Shown here in pieces: positions 22,701 through 34,700 of a stretch of 64,000 bases of DNA (positions within the stretch are counted from its first letter, which is position 1; the number at the start of each line of letters is the position of its first letter). The stretch spans positions 248,001 through 312,000 of the forward strand of contig MU053216.1 in NCBI GenBank assembly GCA_013239625.1. The letters run 5' to 3'. The translations under genes and the position numbers were made by a program. The notes under the pieces are model-generated. The model saw nothing but the letters and a program-made list of their open reading frames with translations, ran no database searches and was not told the DNA's origin. The DNA comes from Lama guanicoe (taxonomy: Eukaryota).

Positions 22701-25700
22701 AGGCAGCTGACTGAGCCGGCAGACTTTTCAACTGAAAAATAGTCTGTTTCCAACTGGTATACCTACTGGGTTGGGGCTGAAGTCAAGACAAGTTCCACCT
22801 TCATCTGAAAGGGGCTGGCACTCGAGGCAGGGCTGGGGGGCCCAGTGCCTCCATGTACTCGGTCTCTAAGGAGGAGAGAGCCCACGACCCACTCAGGAAG
22901 CTGTCACAGCTGAAGACGGTGCACCTGCCTCGTCCCACAGCACCCAGGGCGCCCAGGCCTGCCCACCTGGAGTGGGGAGGAAGGAAGGAAGGACCCAGGA
23001 CAATGCAGAGTCCTGAGACTGGCGGGGACAGCCAGCTGGGTTCCTGTGGACCCGTGAAAGGCACCAGCTCCGGCCTCACTTACGGGCAGAGGCCATCTCC
23101 TAACGAGCACCTCGACAGCCGCCCAGCAGATGGTGCGACTCAGGGGCTTCGAACACAAAGGAGATCCACCCGACCACGAGCTGTGGACCCACCATCACTG
23201 GCTGTTCAGCTCTGGGTGGGAGGCACTTTGGAGCGGGAGGTGAGAGAAAAACCAGAAGACGGGGAAGCTGACAGCTTCTGTCATCTCAGGAGAACACACA
23301 CCAGTTATTTCTGCTTCCTGCTGGTCTCGAAAAACACCAAGTGTCACCGTCTGAGACACAGGCGGGCACTGTTGGGGACTCTGTGCGTGTGGGACACAGG
23401 GCGGGGCTCACTCCGGAGCAGCACTGAGGAGCAGGGCTACCAGCACCGATCCGGTGTCGACGTGACCCATCAGGCCAGGGGGACAACAGCTGGCTCTCCC
23501 ACAACGCCTGAGGGACCCTGGCTCCAGCGGGCATCTGGGGCTCCGCTCACACTGCCCTGGGCCCCGCGTTCCTGGGGAGGAACCGCATTCCACGGATGAA
23601 GAGAGGGGAGATGGCCAAGAGGCTGGGTGGGTCCGGGCGCCAACCCCACACGCTGCGGGCCCACAGCTCAGGTCTGGCACGGCTCCCCTCCTCAGGGCAG
23701 AAGAGGTGCTGGCTCCCAGAGATCCAACTGCCCCAGGGTGACTGCCCCCGCAAAGGGCTGAGGGAGGTGCCGGTCACTGCAGGTCACAGTGAGCGTTTTG
23801 GGGGACGTGGACCCGGGCAGGAAGTCAGGCTGTGAATAAACCATTCCTCCACCACACAGTGACTCCAACTGTGTCCCCTGTGGCAAAGGGCGGGGGTAGG
23901 GAGGCCTTGGGGGGCCCGGCCTTTCTCGGGTTCCCAGGTGCCTCACGTGGGGCAGGGAGCCGGAACCCCTGCTCTAGCCTTTCGTCTGGCCCCTCCTCGG
24001 GGGTGAAGCCCTCACTCAGAAAACCTTCTGTTCAGCCCAGGTATGTCTCTAGCTCACCAGAGGACGCCCCTACACCATAGGCCTCGACTGTTCCCAGAGA
24101 GGCAGTGGGGGCTGGGGGCCTGAGGTAAGCTGAGCACCTGGGGGCCGAGCGCCCGCCCTGCACAGAGAGGAAGCCCCACCCTACCTTCATCTCCTCTTCC
24201 ATCTCTGACATCTTCCGCTCCAAGGCTCGCCTCTCCTGTTGGAAACAACATGATCATTGAACATCCAATGGATTCGGAAAGGAGCCCGAATGCTGGTCCT
24301 GATGCCATGGGCTAACCTCACCCAGGATGGAGCACCGCCCATCCTACACCTGCAGGGGGGCTGCTTCCCAGGTGAGAGCCATGTTGCCCAAACCTCCTAC
24401 CAGACGACTCCAAGATTCACGGGGACGCGAGTCGCCCAACAAGCAAACGGGGTCAGACTAGGGCGCTCCGAGTCCTTGCGGGAAGCTGAGCTTTCCACGA
24501 ACTTTCAAACGACTGCCAGTGGCCAGGGCCTCGTGCTCTGTGTTAACACTGTCTTCCACGATGCCCTCCGAATTCCCAGGGAGCTGCTTCTCTCCTGCTG
24601 GGGAGGCAGACATCCCCGCCAACAAAGGAGCAAACACTCCCCCAGTTCACCTCCTTCCTGCAACGGTCCTGCCTTAGCCGGAACCCAACAGATGGGAACA
24701 AGACGCACAACTTGGTTGCTTTCCAAATCAAACAGACACCAAGAGGGACGGGAACTCACTGCAGCCCTGGGGTCAAGTCGAAGTCGCTTATCATTGAGTC
24801 TGAGTTTTCTCCACACAGACGTGCCAGCCTCCAGAGGGAGATTCTGAGTGTGGGCAAGGGGCCAGTGGTTGAACCAGGGCCCCCCTCCCCCGAGGAAGCG
24901 TAAGACTCCGGCCTCCCAGGCTTCACGTCCTAAGATCTAACTCAGCGGTCCTGCTGAGCCCTCCCTCTGTTCACAGGGCCCAAGCACTGGGGGTGGGGAG
25001 TGTGCGCAGCCGGCTTCCGCAGGCGATGCAGGCGGCCTTCCCAGGACCCTGCCCGCCCGGGCTGGACCATGGAAGGAGCCCTGGGCTCAGAGGAGGCCAA
25101 AGGCCAGCAAGCACACTGCCGTCCGGAGTCAGGCAGAAAGAATGTGCAGCCGAGCTGGGAGGGGACGTGGAGGACCCGCCTCTGCAGAGGAGCTTTCTCC
25201 ACTGGCAGGAGGGGCGAGTCCCAGCCCTCAGGGAGGGCAGGGCCGGGGCGGGGTGCAGGCATACCCGCTTCTCCGTCTCCAGCACCGATGACCGGTCTGA
25301 GGTCTTCTCCTGTTTTTGCTGGTGCAAATGGAGAAGGACAGTTGTTACTCAGGGTGTCTCAGGCCAGGCGGCCCGTCCAGCCCAGCCTCCCCACTGGATG
25401 TCCAGAGACAGGCGTCGGGGTAGCAGGGCCCCAGCCCGCAGGCCCCGATGGGCCGCTAAGTCTAATGCTACTGCCCTTTGACCTGCACAGGACCCACCCC
25501 TCCCCGGGACGGGGCGGCAGCAGCAGTGAACACAGTGGCAAGCACAGGCACACACACGTGCACACGTGCATCCTTCAAGGCCGACTATCCTCTCCCACCG
25601 CCCTCGCTGCCTCTCCTGCTGCCGCCTCGCAGCCCAGAGACCAAAGTGCCTTGTCTCCTGTGACAGGCGGGGGCCCAAGGGGATCTCCCCGTGCTGCTGC

Positions 25701-28700
25701 CTCTGCTTGGGGACGGAGGCTGCAACTTGCAGGAGGAGCTGCCAGAGCCTCCCAGGGGTCTGCTCACGGGACCCGAATGGCTTTGAACAGAACGTTTCCA
25801 TGCCTACTGTTCCCCACACTGGGCTTCCAGAGAAGGAAAGGCTTTGTTAGCATGAAAGGCTGGGACTCTGTTTCAGATCTTCCTCGATTTCTAGGACGAA
25901 CTTCGCAGAGAGGCTGTAGAGATTTGGCCTCCACAGCCAAACAGCAGAGCGGCTTCAGGGAGCGACCCCTCCGGGGAGCGGAAGCGCCAGGTTCCTCCAG
26001 CCCAGTGTCCCTCCAGTCGAGGGACATGTGATGCCAGCAGAGGGGCTGTTCTCACGCCCAGGAGCAGCCCAGACATGTGTAACAGAGGCAGAAGTCGTGC
26101 TGGCGCTGGACGCCCCACACAGGACGCCAGGCTCCTGTTCCAGGATTTCACCTTCTGTCCTCAAGGTCACGGCCGTCTGCCCTTGCACAGAAGCCCCCGT
26201 GAAGCAGGAGGGAGAGGAGAGGGCACAGCGGATGCGGGGCTCGCTCGGTCCCCAGCCTGAGAGCACGGAGCTGCGGCGACTCCCCTCGCGTCAGCTCCCG
26301 TACACAGAGCCAGTTCTGATCCGCTCCTGTGGAGCCCTGACCCTCAGGGTTCGGGGGACCCTTCACGGGGACACTGCATCCATGTGGTGCTTGTCTCCGC
26401 GCACTGACAGGCTCCTCCCCCACCCCCGAGCAACTCCATTTTTGGTAAACTGCAGACTTGGCCGCAGCACCAGCACTTCTGCGCTTCAGTTAACTCGTAT
26501 TTGGCAAAACCGAGTCTACTCCGACCACCCGGCCGAGCAGCTGAATAGGAGCCGGCGTCCCCCCTACTGACTGAAAGAGGTGGTGAGCAGGCTGAGGCCC
26601 TGGGTCCCATGCCCAGCGCCTCCAATGACCCTCTAATGATCAATCAGTAAACCTGGTTGTTCCCCTCGCAAAAGGAAAGGCTGGTTTTTACCCTCAACGC
26701 CCCCAGCAGTCACCGAGGCCTCAGGCAGCACAACAGCCACCTGTCTTCCCCTGTCGCCCTCCTGGCAGAGCCGCACCTCCTCGGACCCCAGGCCCTCAGG
26801 GAAGGGCTGTCCCACTGTCCTCAAGCTTGTTGCCCGCAGGGGTCATCTCACGAAGTCAGGCCTGGCGGCAAGAAGAGTGGTCTGTCTGGTCTTCTGCCAC
26901 CAGCGCTCCAAGACGGGGCGCCCGGGGAGGTCACACATGCCTCAGGACAGAACTCTACGTCCCCACAGCGCCTCCTCCCTGGGGCTGCTGTGACTCACGG
27001 CCTCTCCTCGCGGGCTCTGGTCTGCTTACCCTCCTCCCACCACGCCCCGGCCCCCAAGGGGTGATGCGTGGAGGAGCTCGGTAGGCTCGGCAAGGACAGG
27101 TGTGTCCTCCTCACTAAGAAGCACGCAGGTTGTCCTCAACGCCTGACATTAGCACTCAGGCCGCCAGGAATGGCCCTGGACCTCTGCTTGCAACTCTGCA
27201 CAAGACCCTGAGGAGGGCCGGTCTTGACCCGCCCCTGCCTACCCCTCCTCGGTCCAGAGTGCCCCGTCCGCGTCCTGCCCTCCTCACCTGGGCCACCTTC
27301 TCAAGCTTGCATCTCACATCCGCGAGCTCCAGCTGGGCCTCCTGAAGTTTCGCCTTCAACTTCTGGTTTTCGGTCAGGGCGCCCTCGTAGAGCTGGGGGA
27401 GGGAGGGGACCGGTCACCCGCCGGGTGGGCTCCCAGAATTGGACCCCTAGCATCATCCCACCAGGGCCCGGGGCTTGCTACCCCCGGCCACCACGAGGGC
27501 AGACGGAGTGGTCTGGCGAGTGGAACCCACTCCCTGAACTCAGTGAATCCCAGGTGAAAGGAGCTGGACTTCACTGCGAACCTCGGGGGTCGGCCCCTCC
27601 CTCCTGGAGGGAGAACATGTGCACTGCTGGAAATGGGGCTCCCACACAGAAGGGATCTGCTTTTCAGAGCCTCCCTGCATGTGTATTGATTTTAGTCAAG
27701 TTCTGCTTAGCAAAACATAAACAAAACAAACATTTTCTTTACAGAACAGCTTCTCCCAGCACTCCAAGCACATGGAGAGGAAGGTTTCTGAGTCGCCATT
27801 CCCGCGAGAGCCAAAGGGAACGGCCTCCACTCCAGACGGCCGCGGTCACGCCTCCAGGAGCACCTGACCCGTGTTCACAGGGCCTCCTTAAAAGCTCGTG
27901 TTTGTTAAAAGCATGAGTCTACCTAGCGATTCTCCGGGACTCAAACAGCATCCCTTTTACTTCCCCTTCCTCCCCGCACCTAACCCCTCCTTCTCCAACA
28001 CCTCTTAGGTGTCTGCCTCTGGGCCCATTTTCGCTGCGCTGAAAACAGACGAAGGGTCTCCGTGCTTCTGTCGAGAGGTGGGGCATCTATCCCGGAGCCC
28101 CTCCCGCCTCATCAGAGCTCCGTTCACTTTCCTACACCAGGGAAAGGCCGAGCAGCGCGCATGGTGCCACCCAAGATCGCGGACGCTGCGGGCCTGACCT
28201 TCCTGTAGTCCCTGTGGCCGTCCTCCTCCACGCGGCTGGTCAGAGTGGCGAGACGGGCCTCCCGGGCCTCCCGGCGCGCTCGTGCGGATGCCCGGTCACC
28301 ATAAGAGTCGCTGGCCGCGGCGTTACTACCTCCTGATTCCAACCTGTGGGAGACATGTCAGAGGTAAAAACCGGCTTTGAGAACGGAGAGGGAGGGAGGA
28401 GGTGCTCAGGGAGTTCGTGCCTCTCCTATGCCCTGGCAGAAACAGGCTCCCGGCCTCACCTGGCAGCTCAGGCACGTGCTCAGAGGAGGAGGCCGGCACT
28501 TGCTAAGAGTGGGCCTTCCTTGAAAAATCAGTGGTTGGACCCTTGTGCTGACCTAAATCTTAGAGCCTTCCCAGTGAGTTCAGGGTTGAAGAGCTCCCCT
28601 CAGGAGTGCTTTTAACAGCACAAGGTTCTTGGATCTCAATGGCTCTCGGAAAGTGACTCCCGTGAACCGCCAGTGAGTCCGAACCCAGGTGGAGTCCGAG

Positions 28701-31700
28701 CGGAGGAGGAAGGTAAGCGAGGGCGCCCAGGCTCCACGGCGGGGCTGCCCCGCCTGCGGGGGGCTGTCGCATCCCAGGTCACCGAGCTCGTAGGGTGGCT
28801 GGTGGTTTTCTTCCCAGGACTGTCTGGTCTTCAGTGGGAAGGCCCTTAGCTGGCTTCCTGTTTAAGTGGACAACTGCCATCCTGGTCCTCGTTTTACATT
28901 TACACACCCTGGCGTGTCTCTTTCTTTCCAGACTAACACATGGCCCACAAAACTGCCCTGAACAAACCAGCCCTGAGAGCCCTACGTCCTGAACTGGGGC
29001 GGTCTGAAGAGTTGCAGCTGCAAGCTTTGGCCCGTGGGAGTTGCAGCCGGGGTGGGGGGTGGACTGAGCACTGGAAGTGGGGGGACAATTAGGATGACAT
29101 GGGGTAGGGGACAAAGTTCCTAAGGACACCGAGGGCCACAGTTTTCTTACTGAGACACCAAGTCCTACAACGTTTTTCAAAACATCCTTTCCTTCTTGTC
29201 CTTTTTTTAAAATTGTATATAGAAATATCTTCATGGACTTTTGATTACAAAAGCAACACGTGCTTGCTGACAAGTTCATGAACTAGTAACAAAGTGTCCA
29301 AAACAGAAGGTGAAGGCATCCCATGTCCTGCCCAGAAGTACCCACTAGGGCGCTAAACACTGAAGGGTGAAACACGTGCTCCCACAAATAAAGTCAGACC
29401 ACACACTCGCTGTCTAGCTCCGCCTCCTCGCCCACCTGCTCACGGAGACTGAGGCTTCTCACCGAGGAGGGAAAGGCAGGCTTGCCTTGTTGGAGCGGCA
29501 GTGCACCCTCGTGTTGGGTGGCTTGTGGGAGCTGGGCCCTCCGTCGATGGGCACGTACTGTTTTGAATTTCTAGCTACTATAAATAATGCTACAACGAGA
29601 AGACTTGTCTACTAACCTGAGTGTATTTGCTCAGCTATTTTCCCAGGATAAAATCTCGGACGTGGAACCGTTCTGTCGGGGTAAATGCACTTCAAATGCT
29701 GATACGTACTGCCCTCTAGAGAGGTCTGATCCTCTCCCACCCAACAGGAGTATCTAGATGCTGTTAATCCCAACATTCTGAAGTCCTCATGGAGGCTCCG
29801 CGTCCCGGCTACTCATCTCAGCTTCTGAGCTGCGTACTCAGCCTTTGCCGCGCTTCTCCTCACACTGCGGGAGCGTCCTATATATAGCAGGGCTTTTAAA
29901 ACCGTAGGCTGTGAAAATTTCCCCTCCACTTTACTTTTTGTCTCTGTGTATGGTGTCTTTCACTAGCAGAGATTTTAAATTTTATATAATTAGAATGCAC
30001 AATTTTTACCTTTATGGTAACATGCTTGGGGTGGGTTTTCCTATGTAAAGATTGTGTTGTCTTCTACTTTGGGAGTAAAATCTTTCTTCTTAAGGAGTGC
30101 AATCCAGCTGAAATTTGGTGGGGTTTTTTGGTTTTGTTTTGATTTTGGTTTTTTTTCTAGTGTGGTTTGAGAGAAGCATCTATTTTCCAGTCCAGCTGAT
30201 GGTCCCAATGATCAATGACTGAAGGGTTCCTTCCCTGGAGCTGGAAACTCACATGACTTCTCGGGCTTTCTACTGTGTTCCAACAATCTCTGTTCTCACT
30301 GTTTTAACCACTACAGTTTTACTGAATATTTTGATGTCTGTAGGGACATTTCCCTTCATAAATGGCCACTGTAACATAACAGTCCACAAAAAATTAACTA
30401 TACCAAAGCACCCCCCTCCACCAATTTTGCAAAATGGATTTTCTGCTGGGTTAGGTGGAAACTGTATTTCACCTCAGCTGGTGCCTGGCAAGAGGGTGAG
30501 CAAAGGAAGAAAGCACGCACGTCTGTGAATTTACATTCGATTAGTGCTGAGACCGTCTGTCCTCTGCTCTGCTGTCCTGTAACTACACCTCCCGTCTCGC
30601 CAGCTTCTGCCTCAAGGGCTGCAGAAAGCGGGGAGTCAACGTTCCAGCCCCGCAGTCTCTACAATCCTATCCTGCAGGAAGGCGAGGTCTGCGCCCCGAG
30701 CATTAGGTGAAAAATCAGACGATCCTTCCCCCAACTCGGACATGCTCCTTTAACTTCAGCAGCTGCAGTTCTTTCAGCCAGTTAATACTGCGCACTGCCA
30801 GGAACGGGGAGTCCCCACCAGGAACGGGGAGTCACCGCCGGGAACAGGGAGTCACTGCCCGGAACAGGTTGGTCCGCTGTTATGTGACACGCCCACCTCT
30901 GCCGTGAAGTGCTCCGGCACCAGCAGGTCAGGCCCCGCCTCTTGTCTGCTCTGAGGACCTGCCTGGACCCCTTCCTGGCACTTACAACATTACCTTCTCC
31001 CCAGTGGCCTGGGTGCCGACTGGAGGTGAGGACAGCGTCTCACTGAGAGCGCAGTGCCTGGTCCAGAGCTCAGGGAGGGGGACCTGGGGGCGGGAGCTGA
31101 GTGCACAGCACTGCACGCCTTCGGGTGGGAGACGTGCAGCCTGAGTGTGGTGGCGGCTGCGGGATGAGAGGGGAAGTGGGACGCGACGGGCTCCGTGACG
31201 CTGAGTGCGGGCGGACATGCACTGCCCGAGCACAAGCATGCACGCGGGGGGTTCTTACCTAGAGAGCCTCTCATGCTGGAGAAAGGAGACAGACGGACAA
31301 ACAGACAGACAAAAAATCAGCGTTAGCAAGGGACTGGACTCATCATTCCACTTATAAATGAACTTCTCAAATCCAGTTGCAACCTCACGGCTGGAAACGT
31401 TTAAGGAAAGCAGCTGAAGGCCCTGAGCGGCGCACTCCCGCGTCCTGGGCCCACGAGACCCGAGCCTCTGGGGGTGTCTTTTCAGACTGGACTCAGCAAC
31501 ATAAGGTGATCAAAAACGGCTCCCCGTCCCGAAATCAAACTGCCCTCGTGCCCTGGGAGAGACTGGGTGCCTGTGTGACCTTCCTGGTCTTGACGTCCAC
31601 TCCACGATGGCCCCTCAGCTGCAGCCCTGCCCCGCCCAGAGCGCAGTGAGGGGAAGAGGGTGGGGCGGGGTCCCATCCGAGTCCCCGGGAGGTCGGTCAA

Positions 31701-34700
31701 AAACAAGAAACAAGGAGGCAGCCTGAGGTCCCAGAAGGGGTTTCACAGGTCTGGACGGTGATGCATGACCTACAGTCACTGCAAACAACGGTGACTACGT
31801 CTGCTTTACATTCACTACCAATCGTATACAACCTTCACCCTCTTATCCACACTGTTTTTACAAATAAAAACTCAATTGATTTGAATGTATTTACTTCCTT
31901 CTCTTTTCAGGTTTTAACTACAAATCCCCAAGAACAGACAAGAAGGAAGAGGAGAAACCAAGGGTGGACGACCTCTGGGGGCCCCAGGGACAGTGTGTGT
32001 GGACATGTCACATGCATGACAGCCCCACGCCTCAGGTGGCTTAAGAGCCGGGGGACAGCACCACAGCCCAAGGGACGGACCCCATCCCCCCCACACACAG
32101 AAGCACACACACCACACACACCTACACCCACTTTTAAAACCACGCTGTTGTGAGAGGCTTCCCTAAAATTCCCTCATCTGTGACTGGGCCACTATCTTCT
32201 TGCCGGTTACACCCTCAGTGCCGGCAGGGCCAGAAGGTGACAAGTGCTGGAGAGACATGGACCCGAATGGCTCCTGGTCCTGGGAGCTGTGTGATGTCTG
32301 ATGGCGGGGGCCTGGGCTGCAGCTTCTGCTCTGACATCTTCTCGCCATGTGACCTTGGGCGCACAACCACACGCTCTATGGGGAACCTCAGGTGACAGTA
32401 GGGAGGGGGATGTCCTTCCTGCCCCCCACTTTCCAGCCGTGGAAGCATCACTGGCTGCTGGTGTGGGTGCGAGTGAGTTAGCTCAGGATCTTTGGGCGGG
32501 GACTGGGCTCACAGTCACCCAAACCAAAGGACGACCTCAGGGATCTTGGCTCTCGCCGCTTCTGGGCAGCACAGCCTTTCCCAACTGCTCACCCACGCGG
32601 GAGAACTGTCCTGGACAGGCTCTCCCAGGCCTGGAACACGGCCTGCATCCCACTAGGCCTCCAGCCTGTGGCATGGTTTCCTTCTCCCGCGAAGCGCAGG
32701 CCTGCGGGAAGCGGGGTGCAGACCAGGCCCGAAGGCCGACAGAGCACCTGTGCCTGACCTGCAGGCTCTCCCAGAAGGTGCCTAAACTCCTCCCTGAGAG
32801 TCTCTTCGTTGGGGGACTCAGCCACGTCGCCAGCTCCACGTCCTGCTGTGTGGACCCTGAAAGCCGCCTCTACAGGGAAGAGATGCCCTCTGCCCACTTC
32901 TGCCAGATGCCAAGCTCGGCCATGGCACACGCGCTCACTCCCGGGCTGACTCCACGAGTGGGGTCTGGACCAGCCCTGCTTGTCTGGAGCCGCGGACGCC
33001 CCGTCTCAGGCAGGATCATGTTCTGCACGGCCTCTGCTGAAGGAGCCGATGCGACATGGGGACAGTACAGACTTAGAAGTGCAGAGCACAGGTAAGCACT
33101 GCCACCCAGCACTCAAGCAGCTCCCAGGCTCCCCCGGGACAGGAAAGGGCAGGCCACAGAGGGCTTCCTTGGGCGCCGGCCTGTGGGGAGAGGTGTGTAC
33201 GCGGTGCTCGAACCTGCACCGGCACAGCAGGGGGCGCGGAGACACACCGAGGGGCCCAGGACACACTCCTGCTCCTCCTGGCAGAGTGACCGCAGGCCAT
33301 CAGTCTGCTGTCTGGTGTCTTCAGTCGTCTTACTAGTCGTGTCATCGGTTTCTTTTGGGGTGAACGTTTGTTGAGAGGTGTGGTGATGAAGGATCCAGAG
33401 ATAAGACAGTGCCCATCACCAGACCGAGGCAGCCCTCGGTCCTTGCTCACTACTTCCAGCCCCACCCCACCAAGCTTCCCCCTGACTCTTGGAGCTTCTG
33501 GAGCCCTTGGGCCTCACACTGCTGACTTCAAAGGCCAGCCTGAGCTACTTTCCGAGAAGGTCTCTGCCCGAGCAGGAGAGGGGAGCTGGACCTCACAGGA
33601 GGGGTGGGTGCTGCCGAGGTGACACAGGCCCTGTGACGCACACGGTGTTGTTTCAGAGAAGGAAGATGCTGGGATTTCTAAAGGAGAGGAAGTTCTCATT
33701 CTAACAGGAGTCAGCTAAGAAAAATGCTCTTAGAGGCTGGAAGGCAGGCTGGGGTTTAGGACCCAGCTCTCTCCGGTGTTTGGATCGTGCTTCCAGAAAC
33801 GCCTGCTTTGCTTGGCTTCTTGATGCCCTTGATAACCCACTGTTCCATGAAAACACTGCTCAGGTTCAGGCAGAGAGAAGAGTTAGGGCTCATGGGTAAA
33901 AGGCACAGAGCTGCTGGACTGGTGACACTTAACTTCAGCTCTTCCCCTCCCCCCGCCCCGCTGTCACTCACACTACGCACGGCTTGCTGTGACCTGGACA
34001 CGCGTCTCACTCCAGAAAGCGGGCTGCCGTCCCCATAGGGAGACTACCGAGTGGGTCCGCAGGGCAGGAGGTGAGGCAGGGGCTTGCCTGAGGGTCTGCG
34101 GGCCAGCAATGAGTGAGCACTTGAGGCCAGGGCCTCTCACGGGGTCCCCCAGGGACACGTGGGCAGGTCAGCGGAGTGGCAGCAGTGCGGTGTCCTGGAG
34201 GCCAGACTGCAGGCCCCTCCTGCCCCCGTCGGGGAGTGACCCCATCTTTGCGGGCAAGCTCTCTCAGCACAGAGCAGCTCCTCTCACTCTGCTCTGGAAG
34301 CCGGGTCTGGACGGCTCGCCCTCATTTATCTTAGAGAAGGTGAGCGTTCTGTCTGCCATGCGGCTGACGCACAAGGGAGACACGGCCTCTGCTCCGGGGG
34401 TCTCAGGAGGAAGCTCTGCTGCTCCACCTGCACCTGAAGACGACAGATGAGGCCACCAGGGCGGGACCCCCTGCTGAGCCCGAACCAGACGACAGCTGCT
34501 CAGAGAGGGAGTTACTCCACAGCCCGTGTGGCCCAGCCAGGGGCCGTGGACACTGTGCACAGGGCTGGAGCAGCAGGGACTGGAAGTTGCTCAGAAAGCA
34601 GAAGAGAAGCCGGAAGGACGAGCAGCCAGACAGACTGCAGTTTAAGGTGCGCCAGGCTGACAAGCGGCTCCTTGCCGTCGTCCCTCCTGAGGTCCCCCAC

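Noticed and set aside
5025-26570. Long ORFs such as 5025..6194(-), 9461..10384(-), 22853..23599(+), 25000..26031(+), and many others in the track
   Set aside because: Pro/Gly/Arg/Ala-rich, no recognisable domain, and overlapping in all frames. Expected from stop-codon scarcity in very GC-rich DNA; some are antisense shadows of real exons.
29578-29587. MEF2-like CTATAAATAA
   Set aside because: Lies within an L1 relic phrase; no independent support.
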